NCBI GenBank assembly: GCA_048213135.1
Contig: PS015078.1
Location: 45,309 to 109,308 of the forward strand
Source: Reclinomonas americana ATCC 50394
Lineage: Eukaryota
DNA length: 64,000 nt
Direction: 5' to 3'
Position numbers and translations under genes: made by a program. The notes under the pieces were generated by a model that did no database searches, was not told where the DNA came from, and saw only the letters and a list, made by a program, of their open reading frames with translations. This document shows, piece after piece, positions 38,003-51,046 of the stretch; positions within the stretch are counted from its first letter, which is position 1, and each line of letters starts with the position of its first letter.

Positions 38003-41000
38003 TTACACAAACTTGTAGACCTCGATCTTGAGGATCTCGAAATGCTGCACCTCACACAGCGGATCGTTTGCGAACGTCTCCGACGCAAACGTCGCGCCAT
38101 TGGTGAGTGTGCCCTCAATTCGGAGCGCCGGACCAGCACTATTTGGAGCACATGAATGAGTAAACTCTGCAAACAGCATGACAAGGCATGCGCTCGCATT
38201 CACGACGAACCCGCCACCGCCAATGGTGATCGCCTCGTTGGTCCCCATCATGAAAAAGTCATTGGCATCGGCTCGTGGAACTTGGGCCATCGCACTCAAC
38301 GACGTAGACCGAGCGGCTGTCAGAGGACCGAGAGTACCCAGCGAAGCGGAGACATCGGGGGAAGGAGGTGGACCGCTCCTGCCGGCCAGCACTGGTGTTG
38401 CGTTGGGTGAATGATTTGGGGTATCTGCTTCGACGATGCAATGTCAATCACCAGCCCCTGCACACACTTGTCACCCCACTCAATGTGCACGCACTTTGTG
38501 CCTGGTACTGTGCCCACCGCCACACACGTTCCTGTCCAGGAGGATGCAATGTGAAGACAAATGTCTCTGCAGTTCCGTAGTAGGCAAACGATCGCCGCAG
38601 GTTGGAGGACAAGAAAGCACCGAGAGCCTGCGTGCACATGTGTTCAGAACGAGAGCAGCCGCATACACATCAACCTCAGTAACATGGAGGACACGCAGAC
38701 GTAACGTAGGTCTTTCCAATGCTCCTTCTCTCTGCTTTCGGTGCTTCCGATGCGGACGCGCCTGCAAGGAATCACGTGAGCACACACATCAGGGGTGAGT
38801 ACTGACTGTCAACGGCGGCGAGCTCACCGGCAGCAGCACTCGGAGGGGCGGCGGCTGTCATTACGGGGGACGGTTGCTGCAAGGCCTGTTTCGAGCACAC
38901 TTGCAGGAGAAGCAGACATGGGCCGTCACCGGCCACTTCGGAAAGGTGATACACAGTGGCCAGCGAGTAGCCATCACGTCCTGAAGCATACATGAGACGC
39001 ATGTCGCGAATCTGCAGCCTTCGCGGTAGCCAACTCCACAGGATCTCCATCTGAGGAAAGCATAGAAAGGCAGAAAGAAGAGTCAGCAGCGTCTCTCGCC
39101 GACATTTCTGCAAAGAAGGAAACCGCACGTTTGCCTCCGAGGCTATCTGCGTGGGCACATCCAGCTGCGGTCGGTAGTACACAAAGCTCGCAGCAACCGT
39201 GTCCGCTCGCGACAGCAGTGGCATGGAATCACGCACTTCGTTCTCCAGATTGTCCAACTGCTTTCGACTAACCGGCACTTTAAAGGCCGTCTACAACACA
39301 ACAGACCCATGAGGACGACAGAGAGGTAGCGCTCGACAGACAGGCGGGCACACACCTTGGCCAGTGTGTCGGGGTCAGTGGCATCGACTGCCAAGTCAGC
39401 CAGCAGGCGCTTGAACTCGGCAGCCGATTTGGTCTTCAGCAACACCGAAGAGTGGATCTTGAACAGAGCAAATGTGTATCTGCATCACGACCACCACGGT
39501 GAGAAAAGCTCACAGCAGCGGATGCACCTGGGAACTGTGCTCACCGTGCAAGCACTTTTCGACCCTCGTGCAAGAACGCGTCAAACAACCGTAGAGTGCA
39601 CTGGAATGAAATGTGGCTGACAAACATCCGCTCGAACCAGCCGGTGATGATCTCCTCAAACTCGACACGCAAACTTGCCGCATGTGAGAACCGTCAAAGG
39701 GGGAAGGAGTCAAGGAGACGCACGACAGGATACAGCAAAAACACACGGAGGGACGGTCGGCAAATAGAAAGGATATGTCTTGCCAGATCCGGAATCTTGC
39801 GCCGCACAACCTCTCCGCACACCGTCACCCACAACCTCTGCGACGTCAGCGAGTTTCGATAGTACCATTGCAAGGCTCGACTCTTCTCCAGCAGCGCGCA
39901 TGCCGCATAGAATGCGTCAGTCTCCTCCAAGTAAATCAGCAGTAAACAAACTGTGCGTGATACGGGTCAATGCACAAACGCCTGAAGAAGCCGAGAAGAA
40001 CCAAGCACACAACTCGTGTCCGGCAGCGCTGGGCAATAGTCGTAGCCCGTAAAGTGTTGCGATAACATGCATAGAATGCGTTTCACCGCCGCGACACCAC
40101 GAGCATTCAACAAGTGTTGCTGCGGCAGGAACTTGCCTCCGAACTCGGGGAACACGCGAGGGATCTGGGTCTGTTGAACGAGGAGCACTTGTGTGAGTAC
40201 CCAGCGTGCGGGAAGCGAAAGAGAAACTCGCACACACCGATGGCGTGTTTCCCTTGGCGTTCGCGCCCCACGTGGCAAGCGAGACTCTGGCGTACAATTG
40301 CGGCTTGGTGGTTTGCAACTGGTCGGCACCCGACAAGCACTTGTATACTGCGCCGCGATGCCGCCCAGGTACTCCACGCCTGATGAGATTCTTCAGCGGC
40401 TTGGTGACCTCGGCGGCTGTGTGTGGCACCTTGGCCTGACTCCATTGCACATCGCGCCCAGCCTGCAAGGACGTGTTGGTGTGAGAGAGGAGAATGGCGA
40501 CGCCACGCGGGCATCACACACAAACCGCTGTGCTCTGGCTCTCCTGCTCGATAAGCGACGTGATAACACTCGGGTCAACATTCGAAGAACATTCGCTGCG
40601 GCAGTTGAAATATGGGTGAGAGGTCGGTGAAGAGCAGCGGCAGGAGATGGAGGGGGGAGGTACGTACATGGGCTGTGATGCCGACACGGCGGCATGGTCC
40701 ACAATCTCGAAGGCGCCAGATGCCCTTGATGGCTCGTCGACCAACACGAAATCATCCAATGCCGACGAGGCGTGCATCTCTGGCATGGCCACCTGTACCA
40801 CGATCCACGTCTCGTAGCGCAGAATTACAAAGTGCTTGGGAATGGCAGAGCTGCCCATGGAACCGGCACCTGCGCGACACCGCCGCGCCGTCAGCGTGAG
40901 ACAAGACTTACACATACTCGCAGATGACCGGTACGCAACGAACGGATCGGCGATCGCCGGCCTGAGCGCGCACCATGTGCTCATGGACGCGTACTTCAGT

Positions 41001-41835
41001 CTCCTCCAGTGGAAACGTGTACTTTTCCCGCAACGAAACAAAGCCGCCGAGATGCGAATCATAGACACGTGCCGTCGTCCACACGTTCTCGTGCACGTCG
41101 GGCACGAGGTTCTCCACACCAAGCATGGCCCCGACCGCCGACACCGACAGCGTAATCGAACACGACGTGTACCGCACCACGCGTTCGAACTGCAACATCA
41201 CATGCAAAATGCACGGCGTGGTGACCTTCCCGGTCGCATCCGGCTCCCACACCAGCGGGAACTCGAGCTACGCGACGCAGATGAGCGCCTCGGGCAACCT
41301 AACGCACGCACGCACGCACGCAAGCCAAACGAAACCTCTCGATCCGACGCCACATTAGGCCGCGCCATCTTGTACTTATCCAGCCGCATGTCGTGAATCA
41401 CCAAGCCCTGCAGGAAGTGCACCGGGCACGAATCGCCGGCGAGAAACGACAGCAACTCCTCCACACTGAATGATGACATATCAATGAGAAGAAAAGTTCT
41501 AATGCATTCAACGCATTGGTGGAGGCGAAAAGCAATGTGTATCTGTGCGTGTGCGTGTGTGTGTGCGTGTGTGTGTTGTGCGCGCTGTGTGCGTGTGAGT
41601 CAGCAACACACACACACACACTCTCTCTCTCTCTCTCCTCTCACACACATGCGCATCAGCAGTGCACATTGATGCGCATACTCATGTGTGCGCGTGTGTG
41701 CGTATGTGTGTGCGCGTGAGTGTGTCAATGAAGACGCAACGTGATTGTGTCTGTGCCCATGGAGATCACCATCACTTTGGCATTGCTCTCGCTCTCCTCC
41801 TCCATCCAGTAGCGCACATGAACAGGGCCTTCCAT
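38003..41835 (-). CDS. TBC + TLDc domain protein (TBC1D24/Skywalker-like) with long N-terminal extension (start uncertain)
   Basis: TBC: LKNLIRRGVPGRHRGAVY, VKRILCML..YCPALP, RLFDAFLHEG. TLDc: LWSWLPRR..LMYASGRDGYSLATVY, YYGTAETFVF, FFMMGTNEAITIGGGG, SETFANDPLC..FEILKIEVYKF. Confidence 0.88.
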
Positions 41836-41858
41836 CCTCGCACAGAACTCTCGCACAC

Positions 41859-41893
<35 letters not shown>

Positions 41894-42004
41894 GGCGGGA
41901 GAGAGAGAAGGGACTCACACACTCACACTCCTCACTCAACACACTGACAAGAGCAAAGGATCTGATGCACAAGAAATTTCACGATCACTCTGTGCTTTTC
42001 TCAC

Positions 42005-43432
42005 ATGACAGCGACGAGACTTGCGTTGGTCACTGGAGGTGCAGGTCCGTCTCCTTCCTTCTATCCTTCCACCTCTTTATCTCCCTCACTGCCTCTCAGG
42101 ATTCATCGGCAGTCACATTGTGGAGACACTCTTGCAGGATCCATTGTGGAGGTCTTTTCCTCCCCTTTTTCCCCTGTTTTCGTGTGCACGTCTCATGTGC
42201 TTTGATAGAGTACGTGTGTTGGATGACTTGTCGACGGGTAGCTTGGATAACCTCGCGCATGTGATGGTGTGTATTCTCCCGATCGCATCGCGACACAGCG
42301 TGTCTGCTCACTCTGTCAAAGGAGCGAGTGGAGTTCATCAAGGGTGATGTGACAGTGGCGGAGGATGTGGAGGCGGCGTTGCGCGATGGTGTGCACTTTG
42401 TGTTTCACACTGCAGGTCAGTCAGTGAGCGACCGTCTTGCAAAAGCGATCTGTTGGGAGTGACCGCGTGACTTGCAGCGGCCATCTCGGTGCCTGAGAGC
42501 ATGAGCGATCCGGCCAGTTTCGTGCCTTGCCTGCATCGCCAACAGTCGCCTGCCTTCGCTCGCTGAGCGCTTTTTTTGTTTCGCGTGCAGAGTATGTGAA
42601 GCAGAACTCGCTGGGCACGTTGACGCTGCTGGAGGCGTGTCGACGATGTGGCACCGTGCAGCGAGTGGTGCTGTCGTCGACGGCGGCCATTTACGGTGGC
42701 GATGACTCGTTCATGGGCGTCGATGGGTGGACCGAGGACGCGGCCTTTCGCGGTGCCAGTCCGTACGCACTCTCCAAATTCGATGGCGAGTTCTACGCGC
42801 TGAAGCTGTTCTCGGCGGCCGACGCCAGCGGATCGACGATGACGGCCGTGTGTCTGCGCTACTTTAATGTGTTTGGCGAGCGACAGAACCCGCACTCGGC
42901 GTATGCGGCGGCGATTCCGCTCTTTGTGCAGCGTGCGTTGGCGAACGAGCCCATCTCCGTGTTTGGCGACGGCGAACAGACGCGTGACTTTGTGTATGTG
43001 CGCGATGTGGCCAGCGTTGCGTCTTTAGTCGTCGTGGTGCCACGCGCAGCATGTCTCGCTCATGCGCGTGCAAGCAGGCCAATGTTTATGTGGCGCTGCA
43101 CGGCGATTGCGTGCCGCCCGGCGTCTACAATGTCGGCTACGGCCAGTCCATCACCATCAACCAGCTGGCGGCGCGTATCATTGGCGCACTGTCGTCCACG
43201 AGGTGAGCTGAATTAAGTGTGCCACACACACAAACCGGCGTGCGATTTGATTACCAACCAATCACGAACCTCATCCAGCACCATTGTACACGCGGACGCG
43301 CGTCCGGGCGACGTAAAACACTCCATGGCCTGCGTGCATCGTCTCCTCTCATGTGGCTGGCAACCGAAATGGGATCTCGACAGCGGTTTGCAACAGACGC
43401 TGTCGTTTGCGCGAAAAACGAGTGGCGAATGA
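42005..43432 (+). CDS. NAD-dependent NDP-sugar epimerase/dehydratase (extended SDR; UDP-Glc/GlcNAc 4-epimerase-like)
   Basis: LVTGGAGFIGSH, LDDLSTG, SSTAAIYG, SPYALSK (YxxxK), LRYFNVFGERQNPHSAYAAAIP, FGDGEQTRDFVYVRDVA and RPGDVKHS. Confidence 0.93.
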
Positions 43433-43522
43433 ATGGCCCCACCGTCAATGATGCACCCACGTGACACCCACCAAACACAAAAGAAAAACGATCAACTCAG
43501 CGTGGAGGCCACCACGACACAC

Positions 43523-45154
43523 ATGCAGCGCAGCAGCTCGGCCAGTGCCGGCGCACAGCGCGTGCTGCTCAACAATGCCTCGGTTTGTGCGACTCGTCGA
43601 GTATGTCAGGGTGCGGGAAATGAGTTCTCACACTCACACTCACTCTCACTGGCACAGCTTTCGCGTCGTGTGGTCACTGTGCCACCCATTGAGCCACCCT
43701 CACCAGCATCATTATCGTCACTGCCATCGGCGTCGGGAGTGGGGCCTGCTACGCGCGTCCAGCCCTCATCGTTACGTCGCATATACATTGCGTGTTGCTC
43801 TCACACTCACTCACACTCTCATCAGGCGGAGACTATCGTCGGCCAGTGTGTTGACCCCGGTGAATCACCACGTGCAGCGACTGCCGAGTGTGGGCGCCGA
43901 CAGTGGCGACCTTGATTCGAAGCCGCGGGCGGTTCGTTCGGTCCCTCGTCGCACAATCTCTTATCACTCACTCACTGACACACAGGTGTCGGCTGCTGCG
44001 GCCAGCAATGCGGCACGTATATGGATGAGGTCGCGAGGATCCGGAGGAGGGAAATCGAATGCGGACGAGCGTCCGGATTCATGGCCGCAGGTGTGGGAGG
44101 TCGACGAGGAACAGCAGCAGCCGCAGCAGCCGCCGTCGTCGTCGTCATCGCAACGGCCGCGACACAGAAAGACCCCGTCGATTGGTGCTGTTCATATCGT
44201 GTATGATGAGCAGCGGCAGCGGCTGTCGGCATTGGAGCGACAGCCGGTGCTGGCAACGCCTATCCTCCGCGCCGGTGGTTCGCGCTCGTACTCGTTGTCG
44301 CCGACTCCGCCGAGCCGGTCGCGACCTATTCTTGTGTCGCCCTCGTCGCCGATGGCCACCGACGGTGCTGCAACCAGTGCGAGTGTGGACGCCATGGGGA
44401 GTCCGAGTCCGCGCGTGTCGTCGCCGCCGTCGCCGGTGGTGTCGGCGAGCTCACCAGTGATCCCCGCCGCCGCCGCTGCCACCACTGCCACACCAGCGAC
44501 GCTCGCACCGCCCGCAGCACAGCGCCAGCGACGCTCCTCTGCCTCACCAGTGCCGCTGGTGCGCAGGCTGGCCATGAGCTCACCGGCCTCATTACAGCAA
44601 CAACAACAACAGCAGCTGTCGTCGCTGCTGCTGATTGGTGGTGCTGGTCGCGCACCAGCAGTGCAAACACATGTGGTAGGTGGTGCACCTGGTTGCTTGT
44701 GCCCCGCCCACTACGTCTCACATACCCACCTCCTATTCCCTCACAGCACGCGGTCAAGCAGGCCGACACGGCGATTGTCATGCTCAGAAGGCGACAGCAG
44801 GGCGCCATCTCACCCTTGTTGCGCACCGATTCTTCTTCCGCTTATCCCTCTATCTGCATAGCTCACCCTGCAGCGCAGAATGGAGGGCTCTGTACCTTCG
44901 GCACCGCACCACATTTTCATCGGCGACATGGAGGCCTTCCGTTCGTTGAACTTGTCGCCATCCGCGGTTGAGCGATCACCGCCAGGTGTGTCACCTTTCC
45001 TTTTCCCCCTCTCTTCTTGTTCACACTAATTGTCTCTGCAGAGGTGCCAGCAAGCCGAGGACGTGTGCGCTTCGCCGCTGTCCACGAAGAGGGAATCAAT
45101 CAGCGCCTGGCCGGCTTGCGTCCACCAGCATTGATACGCAGTGCGGTGCGATAG
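43523..45154 (+). CDS. Hypothetical Ser/Pro-rich, probably disordered protein
   Basis: ATG at 43523, a series of short GT-AG introns and a long SP-rich exon (43987-44676). The terminal exon is inferred to end at TAG 45152-45154. No homology recognised. Confidence 0.55.
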
Positions 45155-45237
45155 CGCCGGGAGGATGCCAACTTGTACGTGTAATAATAATGATATCGTG
45201 CAAGACTTGAAAAAAATGTAAGCGTACTGTTTCAATT

Positions 45238-48200
45238 TCATGGTGCACCGCCTCCGCCCATACCACTGGCGCGCGCCCGTTGTGCTGCCGCGGCAGCTGC
45301 CTGCTTGATTTTCGTGGCATCGCGCTTGCTGAAGTTCTTCACCCTGCGTCCAGCACCGACAAGGATGAGCTCGGCCATGACTTGCAAAAATCACATGCAG
45401 GCACGCAACTTGTCGACCACGGTGGTAAAAAGATGCTCCAGTCGCTCGTTGTGAGCAAACTCGCTTCCAGTAGACACTGCCTTCTCTTCGATTCCCGCCA
45501 GGCCACCGTCGGCCGTCAAAATGTCCATCACCAGGCGCAACTCGGAGAAAAGGTCCTGGCAGTTGGTGGGGAGACCAATGGCGAAGAACTCGACCAGACC
45601 GAGATCCTGCGTGAAATTGACCAGGCCTTGCAAGTTGACCGAGCGCGGCGCAGTGACCACATCCTGTGTGCGTGTCAGTGGGAGAGTCAAAGAATGACCT
45701 GCGCTCTCCGAAGTAAACACACCATGAGTTTGTTGGCAACATGCTGCAGGGTCTTGAGTTGCAGGTGCTCCAGCACCACTGCCGGCACATCAGTCATCGA
45801 GACAAATGTCAGTTGCAGGAAGCGTAGCAGCTCCTGCACCCAGTGGCCAGGTTCGTCGGCCAGACGAGTTGGTAGCCTATGGCACACACAGTGAGACGAT
45901 GCAGACGGCAAGGCCCCTCCTTACACATGCGCACCACACAATGTCGGCCGTGGCCGACATGATTTGGTCGACTCGGTGCACGACCGAGCGCAGAATCAGC
46001 TCCTGACCGCGGTTGCGGGCGCCAATGAGCTGCTCCCGGCACAGTTCGAGGAAGCGCACACGCTCGGCAGCCGGCGTGCTGTGAGCATACACGCACCATT
46101 CAGCTGGTCGCCTCTCACAAGAAGTGCAACGAATGACTCACATTTGTCGGAACTGCGACTCGGCTTGTCGCGCAAAGGTCTCCTGCTCAAACACGTCGCA
46201 GGCGAAGCGCACGTATTCGACGTCGACACAGAGTTGCGCCGACTGCTCGATCGAGTCCACCGGCATCTCGGTCATCTGGCGCTGGATCACGCTGACCATA
46301 CAGCGCACCAGATCCACCACTCCCTTCTTCACAGCATCGTTCATCTCCGGCAGATGCAGCGTGAAGCGAATGTACGAGTCGATGAACTGCTGCACGACTT
46401 GACAGAGCGCCGGCACTGCATTGGAGAATGGTAGCCGCACTGGATATCTGCAAGACGACGATTCAGAGGGGAGAGAGAGGATGAGTGAAGCGCGTGTGGG
46501 TGAAACCCACCGTTTCGGCGCCGAGTTGAACGAGTCGGGCAGGATCTGTTGCAGCTTGCGGTCTTGAATGATCTCACGGAACTCGGTCGCGCTGGAGACG
46601 CTGAGTGCTTCGAATTTCTTTGGTGACAACGCCTGTATCCATGCATTGTGCAAGTCGTTAGCAACACGAGAGAGACGCACGTCGCGAAAAGCATCTCTCC
46701 TACCTCGTCCACTTTCTCCAGCGCCTTTTGCAGCAGCACCTTGTCGAACTGGTCGCGTGCCGACTCAATATACTCGAGCAAAATGGCCACGTTGAGGTCG
46801 TACTGCTGCATCGTAAAGGTGAACGACATGAAAATGTCCTTCAGGTCGATGAAATTGCCCGGATCCCTAATGTTGCCAAACTGCGTGTCCATGAAGCCAC
46901 GTAGCAGCCGCGACGCTTCCTCCCACATGCCGGCCACCTCCACAGCGGAGATGAGGCCGCCGGTCGTGCGCAGCGCCTCTGACTCCACGACAAAGTGACC
47001 GGCCACTCGCTGCAGGTAGTCCTCCGACACGGCAAGGATCAGCTCGTCGCCCTTGAGTGCATTGCCGTCTGTGCCACACATAATCGATGAGCAAATGAAA
47101 CACCGTAGAGACATGTGGACAAGCATGACACCTTCGGCGACGGGCACAATGTTGCTGCCGCCTCCGAGGACATTCGGCGAGGCCTCGGCTTTCTTCATGT
47201 CGTGCGTGAGTTGTACCTGCGGCAGCGGCGGCGGACGTGTGAAGCAGCATCGACGAGTGCGTCACGGAGAAGACCAACAACGTACCCGCCGGTTGCCGGT
47301 ATAGTACGCCTTGAACTCGGTGACAGCATCGAGCTGCACGTAAATCTGCGCGCACAAGTACAGCGGCGAGAAATCGACTCCCAGCGAGGAGACGACATTT
47401 TCTGTTGAATAACGCAGGTTCAGCACACAGGCGAGCGTGTGTGAAGCGACAAGAACAGCACATCACCTCTGTCGGCGTCCCATTGCGACACTGCCGCTCC
47501 CGGTCGTGGTCGGAAACTGGCTCCAGATCCGCCGGCTGCGGCGGCAGCGCCTGACGTGGCACCCACGCTGTCCTCGGTCTCCTGCAGCACACGAAAAGAA
47601 CAGCAGGTGAGTTTGACGGCGGCGAAGAATGCGCATCAGTGCTGGCCCTCTCACCTCAAACGAGAAATCACGACGGCGTCGCTCATCCTCGGCACGCAGT
47701 TTCTGGTCCACTCGCAGAATGGCCAGTGAGCCAATCTCTCCAGCTAGTGACCGCGTTCTGCGTTCATGCAGTGCGCATGAGTGAGGAATGGCGATCGATA
47801 GCCACAACGCGCAGAGTACAACGCACTTTTCCAGCCATCGATTGAACTTCATGGTGACCACGTGCTTGATGCGTGTGCGAATTGCCGGGAAGCGATTCAC
47901 TGGGGCGTTGGCAAGTGAGCAAAAATGATCGCAACACCATGCAGATTGCACGGCTGGTACGCAACACAAGAACTTGGCGTATTCTAGCCGCCGCAATGGT
48001 GACAACTGCTCCTCCATTCGTTGCACCAACTGCACAAGAGAGTGAACAAGTGACGACAGTGAATGGACACCAACACGTGACTCACCATCAGCGCCTTGAA
48101 AAAGTGCGGTCTGAAACTGGACTCGCCAGGCGGAGTCCGTGCGGTCGTGGTGGCCGGTGAGGCAGTTGCCACAGCGGTCGCCGCTGCACGCGCTGCTTGC

Positions 48201-49885
48201 CGCTTGGCATGCCTCTCACTGCATCGCGAGAGGTGAGGATGTGAAGAGGAGTCGAGTTGCACATATACTCACACACACTCACCCGCCACGACGAGGTCGT
48301 GAATCGGCAGACGTCGCCGTGTCCGTGGCGTCGTCAAATCGCGACGCTCGACCGGTGCCTCCCGCGCTAGCACCCCGTTCCCTCGATCGCGCGCCGAGAA
48401 GTGCCTGTCGAGTGCGCGGTCCACTGGCCATCTCCTGCCGGTGCACCTCAACTTCCCGCGTCTCGGCTTCCTCGGCCTGCCCTCAAACTGTGAGAACAGG
48501 GAGAGGCATGAAAGGGGTATGGATATCATGCCGACGCACCTCTTGCAACAGCGTTGTGCACTTGGACGCCATGTCGGCGATCTCCTTCAAGCGCAAGATG
48601 AGAGTAAACACCTCGCGCATGTTGTCGCGCACTTTCTTGAAAGCGACCACGGTCTTGGCCTGCAGTACATTCACGGGTCAGTGAATGTTGAAGATGGGCA
48701 TGCTGTGGCGGGAAGGACACGCACGCACCAAGTCAAGTGCCTCGGTGGCCTTCACATGCACATTGGCACGCAAATCCATCATGCGATTCCGCAGCACATC
48801 GGCATCGGCGCGCGCTGTCTTGAGCTGCGCCACCGAGCGCAAAAACTCTTCGTAGTGGTCCTTGCACAGACTCTCGATACGCACCGCCTGCTGCTCCGTG
48901 AAGGCTTTCAGTTTCGCCAGAAACGACTGCGCCTTGTGCTTGGTGATGATGGTGCGCAGCGTGCCGTACGGTTGATCGCTGCATGCCGGTGAGCGACAGG
49001 AGTGACAAAAAGGAAGGCTGGCAAGCAGCAACAACACACCTCTCCACCAGACTCGACAAGAGGTACTCATCACCCGTCTGCATCAGTCGCTCGTACTCGG
49101 TGGCGGCAGCCTGCAAGCAAGCAGCGGTAAGCGACACAATCACAAAACACAGCGACCTGCTCCACCGCACCTGCTGTCTCTCCTTTTGATCGCGCTCCTC
49201 CTGATCCTCGTCGTCATCATCATCCCCACCCATTCGACCGCCATCCCCGTCACCATCGTCGTGGTGATCCATATCCGCAGACAGCCGCGAGGTGCCGCCA
49301 TTCGCTCGCCCTCCAGAAGCACCCGCCGCCGCAGTCGACGACGGCTGCGCATAGCTGCTCTCACCATCATCGTCCTCGTCGCCAGGTGGCCTATCCAGTG
49401 CCGTGTACACGTTTCCATCCTGTGCGACAATGAGCGACGCTCAAGCACAGCCAAAGACAACTGCGAGAGAGACACGAACATAGGCATCGGTGGGAATGGC
49501 TGCGCCGGTGTTATCCAAGTTGACATCGAAGATAATGTTGACAATGCTCTCCTTGTAGGGACTGGCCAGGCGAAACACCTTGTCCTTGACGACCAGAGCA
49601 AACTCTTCACCGCGTCGCGATCGCAGAATGCGAGAAATGTTCTCAATCTTGAATCTGTGTGCACACACACATGCGCGACGTGTGACACACTGAGAGAGAG
49701 GCAGAGTGTGAGAGAGAGAGAGGAGGGCATCGCAACTTCCTCTTGTACTTGAAACCCTTGTTGAGGAAGAACACAGTGGTCTCCGACACCAACAGCATGC
49801 GTTCACTCCACGACGAGCCCGACATCTTGCGCACATTGCCAGAGAACATGACATAAAAGTCGCCTGTGTGCGCGTGCAAGAGAGT

Positions 49886-49916
<31 letters not shown>

Positions 49917-50008
49917 AAAAGTGTGTCTCTTGTGCGCATGCCATTCTTCTTCAGCAGCTTCTCCACTGCAGGCTCGTTGCTGAAGCCCAGCAAGTCGAGG
50001 TTTGACAT
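45238..50008 (-). CDS. SEC15: Exocyst complex component Sec15/EXOC6 with N-terminal PH/myosin-TH1-like domain
   Basis: IESLCKDHYEEFLRSVAQL, FNRWLE..RSLAGEIG, VDFSPLYLCAQIY, YLQRVAGHFVVE, GLISAVEVAGMWE, LPFSNAVPALC and NLQGLVNFTQDL are recalled Sec15 motifs. Upstream exons join in frame. Confidence 0.88.
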
Positions 50009-50096
50009 TGAGTGTGAGTGGCTCACAGAGTGGCCCAACACAAGAAGAGTGCGCGCGAGTCTCTGTCACTGTCTGTCACTCGTCCTCTTGCAAACA

Positions 50097-50163
50097 ATGC
50101 TGACACGCGAAGTGGTTGCCGAGCACTATGTGAACTGGCTGCGGACCAGTTGCGTGCACTCTA

Positions 50164-50202
<39 letters not shown>

Positions 50203-50988
50203 TTGTCTCTCCTCACTCACGCGCGTCGTAGAGCCTCTTGGCTTTGATCGGTCTGTGGACTGTGCGAGGGGTCTGCAATTGGAGGAGGCCTCTGTGGAGC
50301 GTTCAGAGCTGGTTTTTCTCTTTGAGGTGCATGAGGGCGTGCGGAATGCATATGGGAACTTGCACGGAGGCGCCACTGCGACACTGGCCGACATTTGCGG
50401 ATCGGCTGCCATGTTTCGTCTGCAACTCAGCTTGTGTTTGTTGTTATGTTATGGGTTGTTCACTGTGTTTTGCAGTGTGTTTGTGGATGCTGATCATCGA
50501 CCGGGTGTGACCACCGATCTGACGGTGAGCTTCTATCGAGGAGCACCGGTGAGTTCTCGTCGAGCTGCATGCTGATGCACTGGTCGACTGCTGATCATGA
50601 CTCTCTTTGTTCGTGCGCGCGTGCAGAAAGGATGCAAGGTCGGTGGTCTGTCTTGGTGTGAGGGGCGCACGCATCGTGCTCACGTGTCTCTTCCCCATGC
50701 AGATCCGCATTCGTGCACGAGTTCCCAAGTGTGGCAAGACGCTGGCGTTCACCAGGTTGGATCATTGCGAACTCCCGCTCTCTCTCTCTCTCGTCACTTC
50801 CTCGTGGCTGACTCCTGTGTCGCGTAGTGTGACATTCGAGGATCCGGAGAAGCCGGGTTTGTTGTCTTCTCATTCTTTGCTGCTGTCTCTCGTCTCATCG
50901 TGTTGCAGGTGAGCCATTTGCGCAGGCACACATGACCAAGGCCACTGCCGGTACACCGCCAATCATGACGATGCTGGCGAAGCTGTGA
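50097..50988 (+). CDS. PaaI/ACOT13-family hot-dog acyl-CoA thioesterase
   Basis: NAYGNLHGGATATLADICGSAAI, RPGVTTDLTVSFYRGAP and KCGKTLAFT. Includes a 12-nt microexon (50627-50638). Confidence 0.9.
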
Positions 50989-51046
50989 GACCCCCGACTC
51001 CCCGTTTTGACCATAAGACATTGTATGTTGCTCCATTATGTATTCA

